Origin: Octopus vulgaris
Lineage: Eukaryota
Length of the DNA stretch: 64,000 nucleotides
Assembly: GCA_951406725.2 (NCBI GenBank)
Contig: OX597818.1
Span: forward strand, 140,182,001-140,246,000
Reading direction: 5' to 3'
A model generated the notes under the pieces. It worked only from the letters and a program-made list of their open reading frames with translations, had not been told where the DNA came from and searched no databases. Made by a program: the position numbers and the translations under genes. Of the stretch, positions 27,505-42,134 are shown one piece after another (position 1 is the stretch's first letter; the number at the start of each line of letters is the position of its first letter).

Positions 27505-28068
27505 TAACAACAATAATAATGATCATATATCATTGACTACATTTTTACAAAAATTATTTTAATTCCCGGGATTTTTATATTTTTCTTTTTTTACCTCATG
27601 TCAAATTTGACAGGTTTTACCTGAATGTATATTATCATGTATATAAATCTGAATATGCGCATAAGGATGTAATAGAAAGAAAAAAAAACATGCTAAAATA
27701 TATTCCTGTAATAAATAGTATGCTGTAACACATTATTTCAATATTTCCTAGTTCATGCGTATTCACTCGTGTGTAGAGAGATTTTGTTGAGTGGCGCTAT
27801 ATTTAGTACACGTGCACGCCGGATTTTATTGGGATTGTCACGCTCAATTAATAATTTTTCGAATATATATATATGTGTACACATAAACATATATACAGAT
27901 GCATAGATACACACACGCGTGTATAGACATACAAACTTACTTTTGCACGCATACACAGATACATACATACATACATACATACATACATACATACATACAT
28001 AGATACATACATATATATATATGTGTGTGTATACATATATTTTGCGCTTTTACTGTTCATGATGCAAA

Positions 28069-28190
<122 letters not shown>

Positions 28191-28196
28191 ATATAC

Positions 28197-28235
<39 letters not shown>

Positions 28236-28265
28236 TATACACATACACACACACATATATATATA

Positions 28266-28298
<33 letters not shown>

Positions 28299-28346
28299 TA
28301 TATGTATATATATATGTATATATAAATGTATATATATATATATGTA

Positions 28347-28392
<46 letters not shown>

Positions 28393-29179
28393 ATGTTTGC
28401 ATCATATATATATATATGCATACATATATACGAATATGCGCAAGCACCAGTACAGACAGATACATATACAGACACACGCATGCACGCACACATTGGGTCA
28501 ATGTAAAGGGACACATGCATGCATGGGAAGCTGCCAGCCTTCACCAACATTCGTGTAAACGTATAAACAATTGGTCAACATTGACCGGCGGAGAGCCAAC
28601 AAAACTTTCTTTTGAAACTCAGTAAATGAAGAATAGTTTCCTTACATTTCAGTTTCCAACTGGCCCATCACAGATTCCGGTCGCACCCGTTGTCGAAAGA
28701 AACGAGGTTATCGAATGTTAGAAAACATGCACCAAGAAAGATGGTTCAAATGGTACCATGTAGACATTTCTCTTTACCATGCTTACAACGATGTGAAAAA
28801 TCGACGAAATTTATCCACATATTTCGCACGTATTACGTGCAAGGGCTTCTTTCGTGGGTTACCATGCTAGTTCGTTAACAACATAAAGGGTTATTTCTTG
28901 AGCAGGATGGCTACTATATAGTACGCCGTAATAAGGACAAATTCTGTTCTTCTATTGCTGGGCAGATTGTTCGAAAATATTTTCGAAACAATTCGATTGT
29001 TTCCAAACGGCTTCGCTACAGGTGCTGTGGGTTGTAGTAACAAAACCAACACAGATTACGAGCGTTTGTTTCTAAAACAAATGCCACGAAACCACTAGGT
29101 ACAACGGGAAACGACTGAAAAGGAAAGCGGACGCCCCACGTTTTTCGAGCATTCCAACACAGATTTAGTAGTTCTCACC

Positions 29180-29244
<65 letters not shown>

Positions 29245-29257
29245 CATATATATATAT

Positions 29258-31005
29258 ATGAACTTCTTTGCTGCCTCACCTATAACCAGCGAGGCGGTTA
29301 CAATAAAATGTATTGACATTAGTGAAAAAGATGTCCTACTAGCCTTAGATGAAGTGGACACAAACTCAGCTGCTGGTCCTGATGGTTTCCCAGCCATCCT
29401 CCTCAAAGCGTGTAAGCATGCCCTGGCAAAACCTCACAAGATTCTCTTCCAGAGCTTTCTTGCGAGAATGGCAAACTGCCAAGCCAGCTGAAGGAGGGAA
29501 TAATATGCCCAATACATAAAGGGGGAAGTAGAGCAGATGCCAAAAACTATAGGCCTATCTCTCTGACTCTCTGACACATCAGCAAAGTCATGGAACGGAT
29601 AGTCAGAGAGAAACTAATCGCATTCCTTGAGGAAAATAACTTGCTGAGTGAGACCCAGCATGGTTTTCGACCAAGTAGGAGCTGCCTGACCCAGCTCTTA
29701 CAGCATTATGACTGGGTGTTGAGGCAGTTACTCAACAAATCAAATGTGGACGTAATCTACCTTGATTTTGCAAAAGCTTTTGACAAGGGGGATCATGGTA
29801 TGATATGCCACAAACTGCGTGACCTCGGCATAGCTGGAAAACTTGGAGTGTGGTTACATGACTTCCTGAAAGATAGGAGTCAGGCAGTAGTGGTTAATGG
29901 AGCCACCTCTATGAACACACAAATAGTGAGCGGTGTTCCACAGGGCACTGCCTTGGGACCACTGCTTTTTATAGTGGCCCTCTCAGATATGCCCTCAAAT
30001 GCCCGGATAGCCACTCTGGCCAGCTATGCAGACGATACGAAAGTCTCGCAGAAAATACAGAACACCAGTGATGTTGCACACCTGCAGCAGGAGTTGGACT
30101 CAATCTACAGATGGGCTGAGGATAATAATATGCAGTTTAATGCTGAAAAATTCCAGGCCCTGCGCTACCAGCATCCAAAACTGAATATTAAACTTACAGG
30201 ATACACCGGTCCACAGGGAATTTCAATCCCAGAGCCTAAGTCTGTGTGGGACCTGGGTGTCGACATGAGTGATGATACCTCTTTCCAAGTGCACATTACC
30301 AGGATGGCGACAAAGTTCAGACGACTGGCTGGGTGGATCCTAAGAACATTCAGAACCAGAGATAAGGAAACCATGATGGTCCTCTGGCGGACATTCATTC
30401 TCAGCCGCCTGGATTACTGCTCATAGCTATGGTCACCCACCAGTGTAAAATTAACAGCGGACCTTGAAGCAATCCAGAGAAGATTCACAAAGAAGATCGT
30501 CTCTTTGCAACAGCTCAGCTACTGGGAAAGGTTGAAACAGCTAAGACTCTACTCCCTGGAGAGAAGACGGGAGAGGTATGCAGTAATATATGTCTGGAAG
30601 ATCCTGGAAGAAATTGTGCCAAATTTTGGCATTGTAAGCTACACCAATGCTAGAACGGGTCGACACTGCATAGTGCCAAAGATCCCAGCAATGCCATCGG
30701 GTTTCAGGACAAGCTTCTGCAACAGCCTGGGTTTCAAGGGCCCACGGCTTTTTAATATTCTCCCAAAGAGTATGAGGAACTTGCACAAAGTAGATGTAGC
30801 GGTTTTTAAATCAAAGCTGGACATCTTCCTGTCGAGAGTCCCAGATGAACCTACCTCACGGCAAGAGGTGCAAATGAGAGTAGCTATATCAAACTCCATT
30901 CTTCACCAAGTGCCACATATTAGACGAGGTTCTTCGCAATAACAGTGTAGCACAAAACGGCGGTGCATCAGCATGGCCGCAGCTCTGAGTTGAAACTAGA
31001 GAAAA
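29258..31005 (+). mobile_element. 5'-truncated CR1-group LINE (RT pseudogene + 3'UTR)
   Basis: SAAGPDG, YLDFAKAFD, SGVPQGTALGPLLF, YADD, LSYWERLKQLRLYSLERRRER; frameshifts near 29460-29575 and in-frame TAG at 30424; stop 30942 then short 3'UTR. Confidence 0.95.
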
Positions 31006-31411
31006 AAATATATATATATATACGTGTATGTTTATATATATATATATATATACATACATATTTGTTTGTCTGTTTAGTTTATTTTTTTTTTTGTTTTTGC
31101 GTTTATTTGTTTATTGTTTTTTTGTCATTGTTGCCGTACACATTTGCTAGCTTTCATACAAAGGGGTCAAATGCTTAAGTGTAACTACCCGAAATGGCCG
31201 TGACTTCTGGGACTTGACTGATGAAGAAAGCCAAGAATGAACCGTCTTTTTTTGCCTATCATTGTAATTGTTATTTCTCTTGTATCATCTATCTGTTCGA
31301 ACGTTTTAATGCATATATACATTGCATATATATATATATAACTACAGCCTCGAGCCAACTATAGCCTTTTGAGTGGATTTGCGAGACGGAACCTGAAAGA
31401 AGCCCGTGGTA

Positions 31412-31451
<40 letters not shown>

Positions 31452-31454
31452 TAC

Positions 31455-31500
<46 letters not shown>

Positions 31501-31505
31501 GTATG

Positions 31506-31567
<62 letters not shown>

Positions 31568-31568
<1 letters not shown>

Positions 31569-31694
31569 TCTTCTACTTGCTTCAGTCGTCATTTCACTGC
31601 GGCCATGCAAGAGCACCGCCTTAAACATGCGTTCCCATGCTGGGAATCGAGCCTGAGCTGCCTGGGTGAAAGTTAGGAATCCTAAACACCATAT
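31568..31694 (-). mobile_element. Short SINE family E: tRNA-Glu(TTC)-derived head fused to the CR1-type tail
   Basis: Reverse complement ATATGGTGTTTAGGATTCCTAACTTTCACCCAGGCAGCTCAGGCTCGATTCCCAGCATGGGAA resembles tRNA-Glu; followed by GGCGGTGCTCTTGCATGGCCGCAG. Confidence 0.7.
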
Positions 31695-32118
31695 CTGTAT
31701 ATTGTGTGTGTGTGTGTGTGTTTGTTTGTGGTGCTTGTATGTGTGTGTGTGTGTGGTGCTTGTATGTGTGCGTGAGTTTGTGTGTGTGTGTGTGTTTGTG
31801 TCCTTGTTATTTATTATTTTCATATTACAATTTGGCTGAATCAGTCATAGAATCATATAGCAAATATAAACTCATATAGTCTGGATTTAACCAAACCGTA
31901 CAGCGTGAAGAAGTCACATTGGATGAGCTTGTGATTTTCAAGCGAAAATAGACTTGCATAATGATCTCGCTCAATGTGGTGTGATTATCTCCAATCTCAT
32001 TATAAGAAAATAATGTGCTTATATTTCTAGCAATATAGATGCTATTCGGCACCTCGGTCACTGTTAGTAACGATTGAATTTTACTTTTTTGGTCTTATAT
32101 AGCATAGAGATGTGTTTA

Positions 32119-32252
<134 letters not shown>

Positions 32253-32482
32253 ATTCGGTGTAAGTCATGATTGATATATAAATTTATTTAGGCTTTCCGC
32301 TAACTAAACTGAATCAAATTATTCTTCATATATATGTCATCCCAATATTTCTATGTGCATTATATACATTATATATACAAACACACATATGTATATATCT
32401 ATCATGTATACATAACATATTCATATACGTGTATATGCGCCCATATATATATATATATATACATATCCATATATATATATAT

Positions 32483-32554
<72 letters not shown>

Positions 32555-32989
32555 ATGTATGTATGTATGTTTGCATGTATTTATACATAGATACGTGTAT
32601 ATGCGTCCATACATACATTCATATATAAGTATATAGTTATTTATCTATGTATCTACACACACACATATATATTAACCAGCTAAATATGTAATGGCAGTTA
32701 TTTCGAGGATATTTTTTTATTTAGATGATTTATTTATATATAGCTGATTTATATCTATACATGAGGTGTGATTGTGATAGGTCGATATATATAATAGAGG
32801 GAGAAAATAGATAGACAAGAGAGGGAGAGAGAATGAGTAGAAGATGTACAACGTGTATCTCGGGTGGATATTAACAACATATCATCGACAAACATATATG
32901 TATACACGTATATAAACATGTACACGTACGCGCACAAAGAAACATATATTACATGTATATATGTAAATATATATCCTCACACACCAGCC

Positions 32990-33020
<31 letters not shown>

Positions 33021-33277
33021 TGACGTTCAGATATATATACATGTATATACATACAAATCTACACTCACAAATACATATATAAGAATATATATTATCTAGA
33101 TCTCTGCATATCTATCTAAATACCTAGTCATATATACATTCATATATATGTGTATATATATATATATATATACATACATACATATATATATATTTATAAA
33201 TAAATATACACATATGTACGTATATGTAAGATATAAGTATAAATATATACATATATATATATACATATGTATATATG

Positions 33278-33333
<56 letters not shown>

Positions 33334-33345
33334 TATATATAGACT

Positions 33346-33381
<36 letters not shown>

Positions 33382-33409
33382 TAAACATATATAAATATAT
33401 ACTTTTTTT

Positions 33410-34611
33410 GTAGTTTCAGCTCAGCGCTGTCGCCATGCTGGAGCACCGCTCTTTTGCTACACTGATATTAACGAGAACCTCCTCCAATATGTGGCAAATG
33501 GTGAAGAATGGAGCTTGATGTAACTAACCTCATTTGCACCTGTTGCTATGACTCTTGACAAGAAGAGGTCCAGCTTTGATCTAAAAAAGCCTACCTGTGC
33601 AGGTTCCGGAGACTCTTTGGGATTATATTAAAAAGCACTTGGCCTCTGCAGTAACTGGTCCTGAAGCGCGATGGCATTGCTGGGATCTTTGGTACTGTGC
33701 TGTGTCGACCCGTGCTGGCATTGGTGTAGCTCTCAATGGCAAAATTTGGCACAATTCCTTCTAGAATCTTTCAGATGATGATTTTGCACTGTTGGGTGAC
33801 CATAGCTGGGAGCAGTATTCCAGACGGCTTAGGACGAATGTCCTCCAGAGGACCATCAGGGTTTCCTTATCTCTGTTTCTGAATGTTGTCAGGATCCATC
33901 CAGCCAGTCGTCTGCACTTTGTGAACATCCTGGTAATGTGCACTTAGAAAGAGTTATCACCGCTCATGTCGATACGCAAGTCCCTCACTAATTTAGGCTT
34001 TGGGATTGTAATTTCCTGTGGACCGGTGTATCCTGTAAGTTTCATATTCAATTTAGGACGCTGGTAGCGCAGGTCTTGGAATTTTTCATCATTGAACTGC
34101 ATATTATTATCCTGAGCCCATCTGTAAATTTAGTCCATCTCCTGCTGCTGATGTGCAAAATCGCTAGGGTTCTGTATTTTCTGCGAGCCTTTCGTATCGT
34201 CTTTGTAGCCAGCAAGGGTGGTTATCCGGGCATTTGAGGGCATATCTCGGAGGGCTACTATGAAAAGCAGTGGTCCCAATACAGTGCACTGTGGAACACT
34301 GCTCAATATTTGTGTTTTCAGTTTTCATTGAGGTTGCTCCATTGGCCACTACTGCCTGCCTTCTATCTTTCAGAGAGTCATGTAACCACTGTCCAAGTTT
34401 CCCAGCTAATAATGGCAAATCATACCATGACTTTGCTGATGTGTGAATTAAAAGAGATAGGCCTATAGTGTTTGACATCTGCTCTGTTTCCATCTTTATG
34501 TATTGGGCATATTATTTCCTCCATCAGCTTGCTTGGGAGTCTGCCTTTTTCAAGAAAGCTGTTGAAGAGAATCTGGAGGGCTTTTGCCAGGGCATGCTTA
34601 CACGATTTGAG
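33410..34611 (-). mobile_element. Second, deleted copy of the same CR1-group LINE
   Basis: HITRMFTKCRRLAGWILTTFRNRDKETLMVLWRTFVLSRLEYCSQLWSP matches the 30290-30440 translation; internal deletions. Confidence 0.93.
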
Positions 34612-34612
34612 T

Positions 34613-34777
34613 CCTAGACGAATCTACCTCACGGGAAGAGGTGCAAATGTGGGTAGCTACATCAAATTCCATTCAACACCAAGTGGCATATATTAAAGGA
34701 GGATCTCAGTAATAACAGTGTAGCAAAACGGTTGAGCTCCAGCATAGCCAAAGCTGTGAGATGAAACTACAACAAAA
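34613..34777 (+). mobile_element. 3'-end fragment of the CR1-group LINE
   Basis: Matches 30841-31005 (CTACCTCACGG.AAGAGGTGCAAATG...AACAGTGTAGCA). Confidence 0.88.
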
Positions 34778-34787
34778 TATATATAGA

Positions 34788-34843
<56 letters not shown>

Positions 34844-34939
34844 TATATATATGCCTTTGTATATTTATATATATGAATATATATAATTTATATATATAAA
34901 TATATATGTGTAAAGATATACAAATGTATATATAAATAC

Positions 34940-35007
<68 letters not shown>

Positions 35008-35131
35008 TTATTTCTAATTCTCTCTAAATGAGACAGCGATATAAATACATATATAAAAATATATATGTATGAACACATATATATATATATATATATATGA
35101 ATACATATATGTAATTACTCTCTCTCACATA

Positions 35132-35175
<44 letters not shown>

Positions 35176-35261
35176 AATATATATATATACATATAAATAT
35201 ATATATAAAAATATATATATATATAAATATATGTATATATAAATACAAATATATAAATATA

Positions 35262-35496
35262 CTCTTTTACTCGTTTACTCTTTTACTTGAGTCAGTCATA
35301 TGACTGCGGCCATGCTGGAGCAGCACCTTAAATCGTGCGAATCGACCCCAGAGTTTATACTTTGTAAGCCTGGTAGTTATAGTATCGGTCACTTTCGTCG
35401 AAAAGCTAAGTTACTGGGACATAAACACACCAACATCGGTTGGCATGAGATGTTGGGTGGACAATCACAGACAATCAAATATATATACACATATAC

Positions 35497-35567
<71 letters not shown>

Positions 35568-35698
35568 TATACGACGGGCTTCTTCCAGTTTCCGTCTACC
35601 AAAACCACTCACAAGGCTTTGGTCGCCCCGTGGCTATAGTAGAAGTCTGAACCCGGCACCATGTAGTTGGTAAGCAAGCTATTTTCCACACATCCGCT
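35262..35698 (-). mobile_element. SINE family C
   Basis: Reverse-complement match to 22466-22866. Confidence 0.85.
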
Positions 35699-35738
<40 letters not shown>

Positions 35739-35801
35739 CATATATGTGTATAAATATATGTATATATATATATATCTTTATACATATATATATGTATGCA
35801 T

Positions 35802-35956
<155 letters not shown>

Positions 35957-36300
35957 TGATTTTAGCTTTACAAATATATATATATATACGTATAGGGATG
36001 GAATGAACAAAACTAGAAAGAAAGTACGAAACATTATCTCGTCATTAATCAAAAGAGCGATAAATGCGAGATTATTTTTCCCAATAAAAACAAATCTAGC
36101 GGATAAATTTCAATTAAATTTACAATATCGTATTTTTGTTACCGATAAGCACAATTTAGAAAATGTTATGAAACAGGCATGAATTATTATCCTTTCTAAT
36201 TATTAGCCGAATATGTTTTGGTGGTCAATTCATCATAAAGCACTGTAGGTACAAAGATGAAAATATTATTTTCATTTTATTACCCCCTCTTTCTCTCTAT

Positions 36301-36505
36301 ATGTACGTATGTATGTATGTATGTATGTATGTATGTATCTATGTATGTATGTATATATGTATGTACGTATGTATGTACGTATGTATGCATGTATGTATGT
36401 GTGTATGTATGTATGTGTGTATGTATGTATGTATGTACGTATGTATGTATGTATGTATGTATGCATGTATGTATGTACGTATGTATGTATGTATCTATGT
36501 ATGTA
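36301..36505. repeat. (ATGT)n tetranucleotide microsatellite
   Basis: Direct repeat. Confidence 0.95.
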
Positions 36506-36538
36506 TATACATATATACATATAGTGTGCGTGTGTGCG

Positions 36539-36595
<57 letters not shown>

Positions 36596-37129
36596 TTGTG
36601 TGTGTATGTATATATATTGCGACTACATTCCAATGTAACACACACGCATATAAATATATGGGTTTATATGTTTGTGTAAAAGTAGATATGTCTTTATATC
36701 CATATGTATATGTATGGAAATATAGTCATATATATATGTATATGTGTGTGTATGTATGTATGTATTATATATATATATATAAATATATATATATACACAA
36801 ACACACACACCTTAGTATTACACTATAAAGTTTCACACACTCATGCACATGCTCATACCCACGCACTCACGTACGCTTACACATACATAGATATAAATGA
36901 AGAGGGTAAATGAATGTAGCGAAGTTGCAGAACCGTAAGTCATTTGAATAGGATATCCCACAGCATTTATTTCGAATCCTTATTGCGAATTCTCATCCCT
37001 CTGAACTCAACTTTGACTTGCATTCATTCGAGTTTGATCAAAAGAGATACTTATCCACGAAGGTGAATTGACAGGCATGTTAGAGGGACAATCGAACAAG
37101 TTTTTTGCACTTTCTCTCGTCCTTCTTAG

Positions 37130-37230
37130 CATCTGACAAAAACACTTGTGATGATATTGGTACCAGGTTTCATCAGTTCAAATGGGGGCCTTCGTCTAGG
37201 ATAAATATTGGCATAGTAGGGAGCGGACAG
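37130..37230 (+). CDS. Candidate internal exon (101 nt) of an unidentified gene
   Basis: Long pyrimidine tract + TTAG acceptor (37128-37129), consensus CAG|GTGAGT donor (37231); only one open frame, SDKNTCDDIGTRFHQFKWGPSSRINIGIVGSGQ. Confidence 0.4.
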
Positions 37231-37599
37231 GTGAGTGCGACTACCTGTTTTCTTTTTGATATGTGTCTCCGACCAGTACATGATTGAACAACACAGAGGA
37301 ACAACCCTAAAAATATGGATATAGTCAACTGTTGCTCTATAAATATAATGGTTTCTGATTTTAGACATTACAACGGCAATTTTAAGAAAGATGAATTACT
37401 TAATCCGATTGTACTTCATTGATATTTTATTGAGCCTCATGAGGACGGATGGCAAAGTCTTCCTCCGCAGCATTCGAACTCAGAACGTGAAGAGCCGAAA
37501 CAAATATTGCGAATCACTTAAATTTGACGCTCTGATGCATCTACAGGTCACCGCCTTATGTGCTACATTGATAAGTTTTGTTAACGTAGGAAAAATTAT

Positions 37600-38030
37600 G
37601 TAAATTAGGAAGAAAATTAGTTGCATAAAATTACCTCGAGGTGCTTTGCAGTCAATTGATTTCGAGTACTGTCCCAGTGAATGGCACCTTGAGAAATTAT
37701 CCTCTACTATAGCCCTGGGGCGACTGATGCATTGTAAGTGAATTTATTGATGGAAACTGTGTTGAAGCCCTTTGCATTTATCTTATGTGTACATATATTT
37801 ATATATATATATATATATGCATGCATGCGTGTGTTTGTTCCATCAGCACCTGACAACCGGTGTCAGTTTGTTTACGTCCCTGTAACTTAGGCAACTAGGT
37901 ATAAGAGACTGAAAGAGTGAGAACCAGACTTAATAAAATAAGTATTGCTACCTATTTGTTCGACTAAACATTGTAAGGCAATGCTCACGTTTGACTGTAG
38001 ATCATGAGTGAAGCAAGTAAAAGATAACAA
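37600..38030 (+). mobile_element. Old, diverged SINE family C copy
   Basis: GGCACCTTGAG, CTACTATAGCCC, GACAACCGGTG..GTTTACGTCCC, GCAAGTAAAAGAT match family C. Confidence 0.7.
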
Positions 38031-39063
38031 AGATAGTATTTGAATGTTTATTTTGTCAACAGAGGAACAAAAACAGGTGAAAATTACGTCAGTGTGTTTT
38101 GACCCCAGTACGTAAAGTGCCGTAAATTAAACACTGTGATGCTAGCACTCCATCATGATAAAGTGCTTCCAAAACAACGAAACATACTCAATAATGATTG
38201 CAATAGAGAAAAATAACGACAATATTTAGCAACCCTTACGGAACCTGAATGTTTTAAATCAGAAGAGAATATTTACAAAATTAGAGCATTTTTTTTAAAA
38301 ACTTGGCCAACGTGGTGTGCAACGTAGTGTGTGATACAGTTTCCACTTAATTGACCGCCGAAACGTTTCAGCGTTAGAATTTGCTAATTCTGTCGTTTTT
38401 AAATATAGAACCGTTGTTGTTCTTCAGTGAAAAAAATCAATTTTTATAGGACTAAATTATATATGAAACACCAAATTTCCTTCTTGCCGGTGTGTTACGC
38501 TCAACAAATTTTAAGTACAGTCGATCTAGAGAACTTGTTAGGTGATTCAGTACTGCCTATACACGCATCCGGTTTTGAATTGTCATTGTAGATATAAGCA
38601 GACTTCAAAAGTCTTCTAAACGTATTCACATAATGCATGCAGAATTGTATTTTAGAAGAGGCCATTTGGATAAATAATTAAATTATAGGGAATAAATAAA
38701 ATAATGTATTATGAAAATAGAAATATTTCTAGTATCAGCTATAGATCATTTGATTTGATGATACTATCAACTGTTTATAGGAAGTATCGATAGAGATAAC
38801 TTGAGATATATAAATCTCAAAAAAGAACGAAATATACTCATTGATTTCGAAAGATATTTAATATTTTACTTACAAACGCGTAATTATACTGTTGATAGGA
38901 ATTTCTACACAGAAAATGGTAAGTGAAGAAAGCTATTTGACTTTATAATGCGAGGAGAGAAGTCAGTTCATGATAGTCAAATGCATTGAATTGGGATCGT
39001 CACTCTTTCTTTCAAGCCGTCAGAATTCTTCCAAATTTCTCTACAGTAATGACAAAACCATAT

Positions 39064-39481
39064 ATATTTCTTTACTGCCCACAAGGGGCTAAACATAGAG
39101 GGGACAAACAAGGACTGACAAAGGGATTCAGTCGATTACATCGACCCCAGTGCGAAACTGGTACTTTATTTATCGACCCCGAAAGGATGAAAGGCAAAGT
39201 CGACCTTGGCGGAATTTGAACTTAGAACGTAACGACAGACGAAATACCTATTTCTTTATTACCCACAAGGGGCTAAACATAGAAGGGACAAACAGGGACA
39301 GACATAGGTATTAAGTCGATTACATCGACCCCAGTGCGTAGCTGGTACTTTATTTATCGACTCCGAAAGGATGAAAGGCAAAGTCGACCTCGGCGGAATT
39401 TGAACTCACAACATAACGACAAACGAAATACGGCTACGCATTTCGCTAGGCATGCTAACGTTTCTGCCAGCTCGCCGCCTT
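39064..39481 (-). mobile_element. SINE family A head-to-tail dimer
   Basis: Same junction GACGAAATAC|CTATTTCTTTA as 15990-16388. Confidence 0.9.
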
Positions 39482-39809
39482 TGACAAAACCATATAATTA
39501 TGAAAAAGTTAGAAACCTTTATACGTTTGATATTTTAACCAACGAGAAGCAATCTTCAGGTGTTGCCAATATGAAAATATTAACTTACCGAAACCTTGAA
39601 TGATTTCTCTTTTCTTTCTTTTCTCCTCTTCTTTTTTATTGGGGGGTGGGGTGGAATAAAAGCAAATTTATAGCAAGGAAATTAAAAAAAACAACAATGC
39701 AATGAAAAAGTTGTCCACCATTTAAATATAGAAAGGAAAAAGAAAATATAACATTTTCCAAAACGAAAATAGATAGAAAAGACAATAATTTCAAAAGTGT
39801 GATATGCGC

Positions 39810-40430
39810 TCAGTGTTTCAAAGCGGTAACACATTTCGTTTCTAAGGCGCGACATGAGCTCAGAGAGTTGCATAGTCGATGGTGGATCAATGAGTCTTAC
39901 AGTGACATATATATTTTCGTTTGAGTCTAGCCCATGTGTTTTCCACTTGCTGTGCATGAATCCCCTTGATAAGCTCAACAACGTGCTTCACAATTCTATG
40001 CAAACATTTGTAGCCCGATATCTCTTATGTGTACTTGTATGCTCACCGCAAGTAACTTAATATGGTTGTCTCCGATCGAATAAACAGCTGAATACACTCT
40101 ATATCGTGGCTGTAATCAATAGCTGCGCTATTGTACATTCTAAACGTCTACACAAAGAAACGAACAGTCAACCAAGAATAAACAGAGCCAGTATTCTGAG
40201 AAGTCGATTTCCATTTTCCAGGCATATATCTTTCCAATCAGTCAGATATTCGCAACAGTCACGATTGCTGCAACGTCAATAAACTTTGTCGTGAACTATT
40301 TTAATATTCATGGCATGTTACTTGTAACGCTTATTCTACCGCACCACTCCTTTGCCTTGAAAAAAAAATGTTCCATCATACTGCATCTCCAAATCTTCCA
40401 GCAAATTTCCGAAATTTTTTCTCAAAGCGC
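39810..40430 (-). pseudogene. Merlin (IS1016/ISXO2-like) DDE transposase relic
   Basis: Manual translation FIRSETTILSYLR*AYKY...GYKCLHRIVKHVVELIKGIHAQQVENTWARLKRKY resembles the Merlin TTI.SD.W.AY...H..VNH...HTQ..E..W..LKR motifs. Confidence 0.72.
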
Positions 40431-42134
40431 TCATTTTGGAAAATAGAAAACATTTTCAAAATAGACAACATGGCTACCTGCATTGGGCCAAACATCTGAT
40501 AAAGCAAAAAAAATTAAAATGACGTTTACAGCCTGATGAATAATGACTTCGGGTAATTGGACAATGGAGGCTTCCTATTGGTTGAAATTTCAGACCGTCA
40601 AACTTTTTTTTATTAAGAATGTCTATTAGTCGGCAAACCGGCAGAATCATCAGCATTCCAGATCAAAATGCTTTGCAGCATTCTTTCGCGTTTATACGCT
40701 CAAATTATGCAGAGGTCTACTTTGTCTTTCATCTTTCCGGAGTCAACAAAATAAAGAACTAACTAGGATTGATGTAATCAAAATTACTGACCTTCTGTTG
40801 AAAGTAGAAAGAAATATATCAATGCCTTTGACCGCAGAAGCAAACTTTCCATGAAAAATGAATGCTGTTCTTATTTGCTTGCAAAGGTATATCAGTACAG
40901 GACATTTGAAAACATTTTGATGTGAAGGAAACCACTTAGATATGATCATTTGATTTTGACAACAGTGTATTAATGGTGTTCTCCTCTTGTGCTGGGAGGA
41001 TAGGTGACCTACATTCTTTGTACATAAGCGGTTTTAAAAAATTGATCCAAGTAACATTTGTACAGAAAAAGACACAACTGCAGACCATTTCATATAACAT
41101 ATTACAACACTTTACTCTTAGACATTTGCCGTTCAACCCTGATCAACCTTGCACTATGACAATTCTGATTAAAGGTATTATAAACAAGGATATCGTATGT
41201 TTTTATTGGGGTAGTGTGTCTAAGATTACACGATCATGTTTCTTTATCTTTATTTTCTTTTTTCGGCAGAATACCAAATAAGGAAGATTTGGTTGATATT
41301 TCGAACAGATAATTACGTTTTCCCTCATAATTCGCCATAAGTTATATATTTATCAAAGAGTGTAAGACATGACTTTATCTTTTGTTCAATCAAATCTGTG
41401 ACATTATTTAAACTGTCATTCATCACTGTTTATTTCTCTAATGACCTTGGAAAAATATAATCGTCGCAACTTTATATTCAGCTGTCCTTGAAATATAAGC
41501 ATGTAACTCCTTCTTGAAGAAATCAATAATTCTCCTAGGAAATTGATAACTACCGTATAAGAAAATAAAGCCCAATTTCTGGTTAGCACATTCTAGATTC
41601 TTAATGCCAATTATGCGTTATTGATCATACCGAACGTGGCCACGAAATTCATCCTTAAGTTTGTATCTACAGTACTACAAAAAAGCACAGTAACTAAAAA
41701 AAAAATGGTGATATTCGGAGCATAACAGTAAACATATCCAGCATCCTGTGTTTTTCAGCTCAGTTTTTCTACTGTTCTTAAAACCTCTTGAAAGAAGCAT
41801 GACAAACTCAGTATCACATTCAGCTACGATGCAATTATTCAGTCATGTCAAGTAATGAATATTAAGATCAAACATTGGGATAAGGGTTAAAATATTATAA
41901 CGTGTAAGTATAATCCATTGAGGTAAACCTAGTGCAAAACTAGTGCTTCTTTTGCTGACTCCGAATAAGTAATCAAAGTAAACTTCCTCAAACGGGATTT
42001 AACGTAGAAAGAGAGAATGTGTAAATAAAAATTCAGAAACAGTAAACGTAATAAATACTAAATTGTGCTGTATGATAGTAATTTTCTTTGCAATGGAAAA
42101 ATGACTCTTGCTTAGTAGATTAGATTAAAATCTG

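Noticed and set aside
29590-30426. Active reverse transcriptase gene
   Set aside because: 5'-truncated (no endonuclease domain), frameshifted and with a premature stop
31214-31250. CTGATGA..GAACCGTC HHR candidate
   Set aside because: No stem II or stem I pairing, and GAAA is altered
37130-37230. Glypican N-terminus assignment for the candidate exon
   Set aside because: Only a vague TC...F....GP resemblance; no supporting neighbouring exons found
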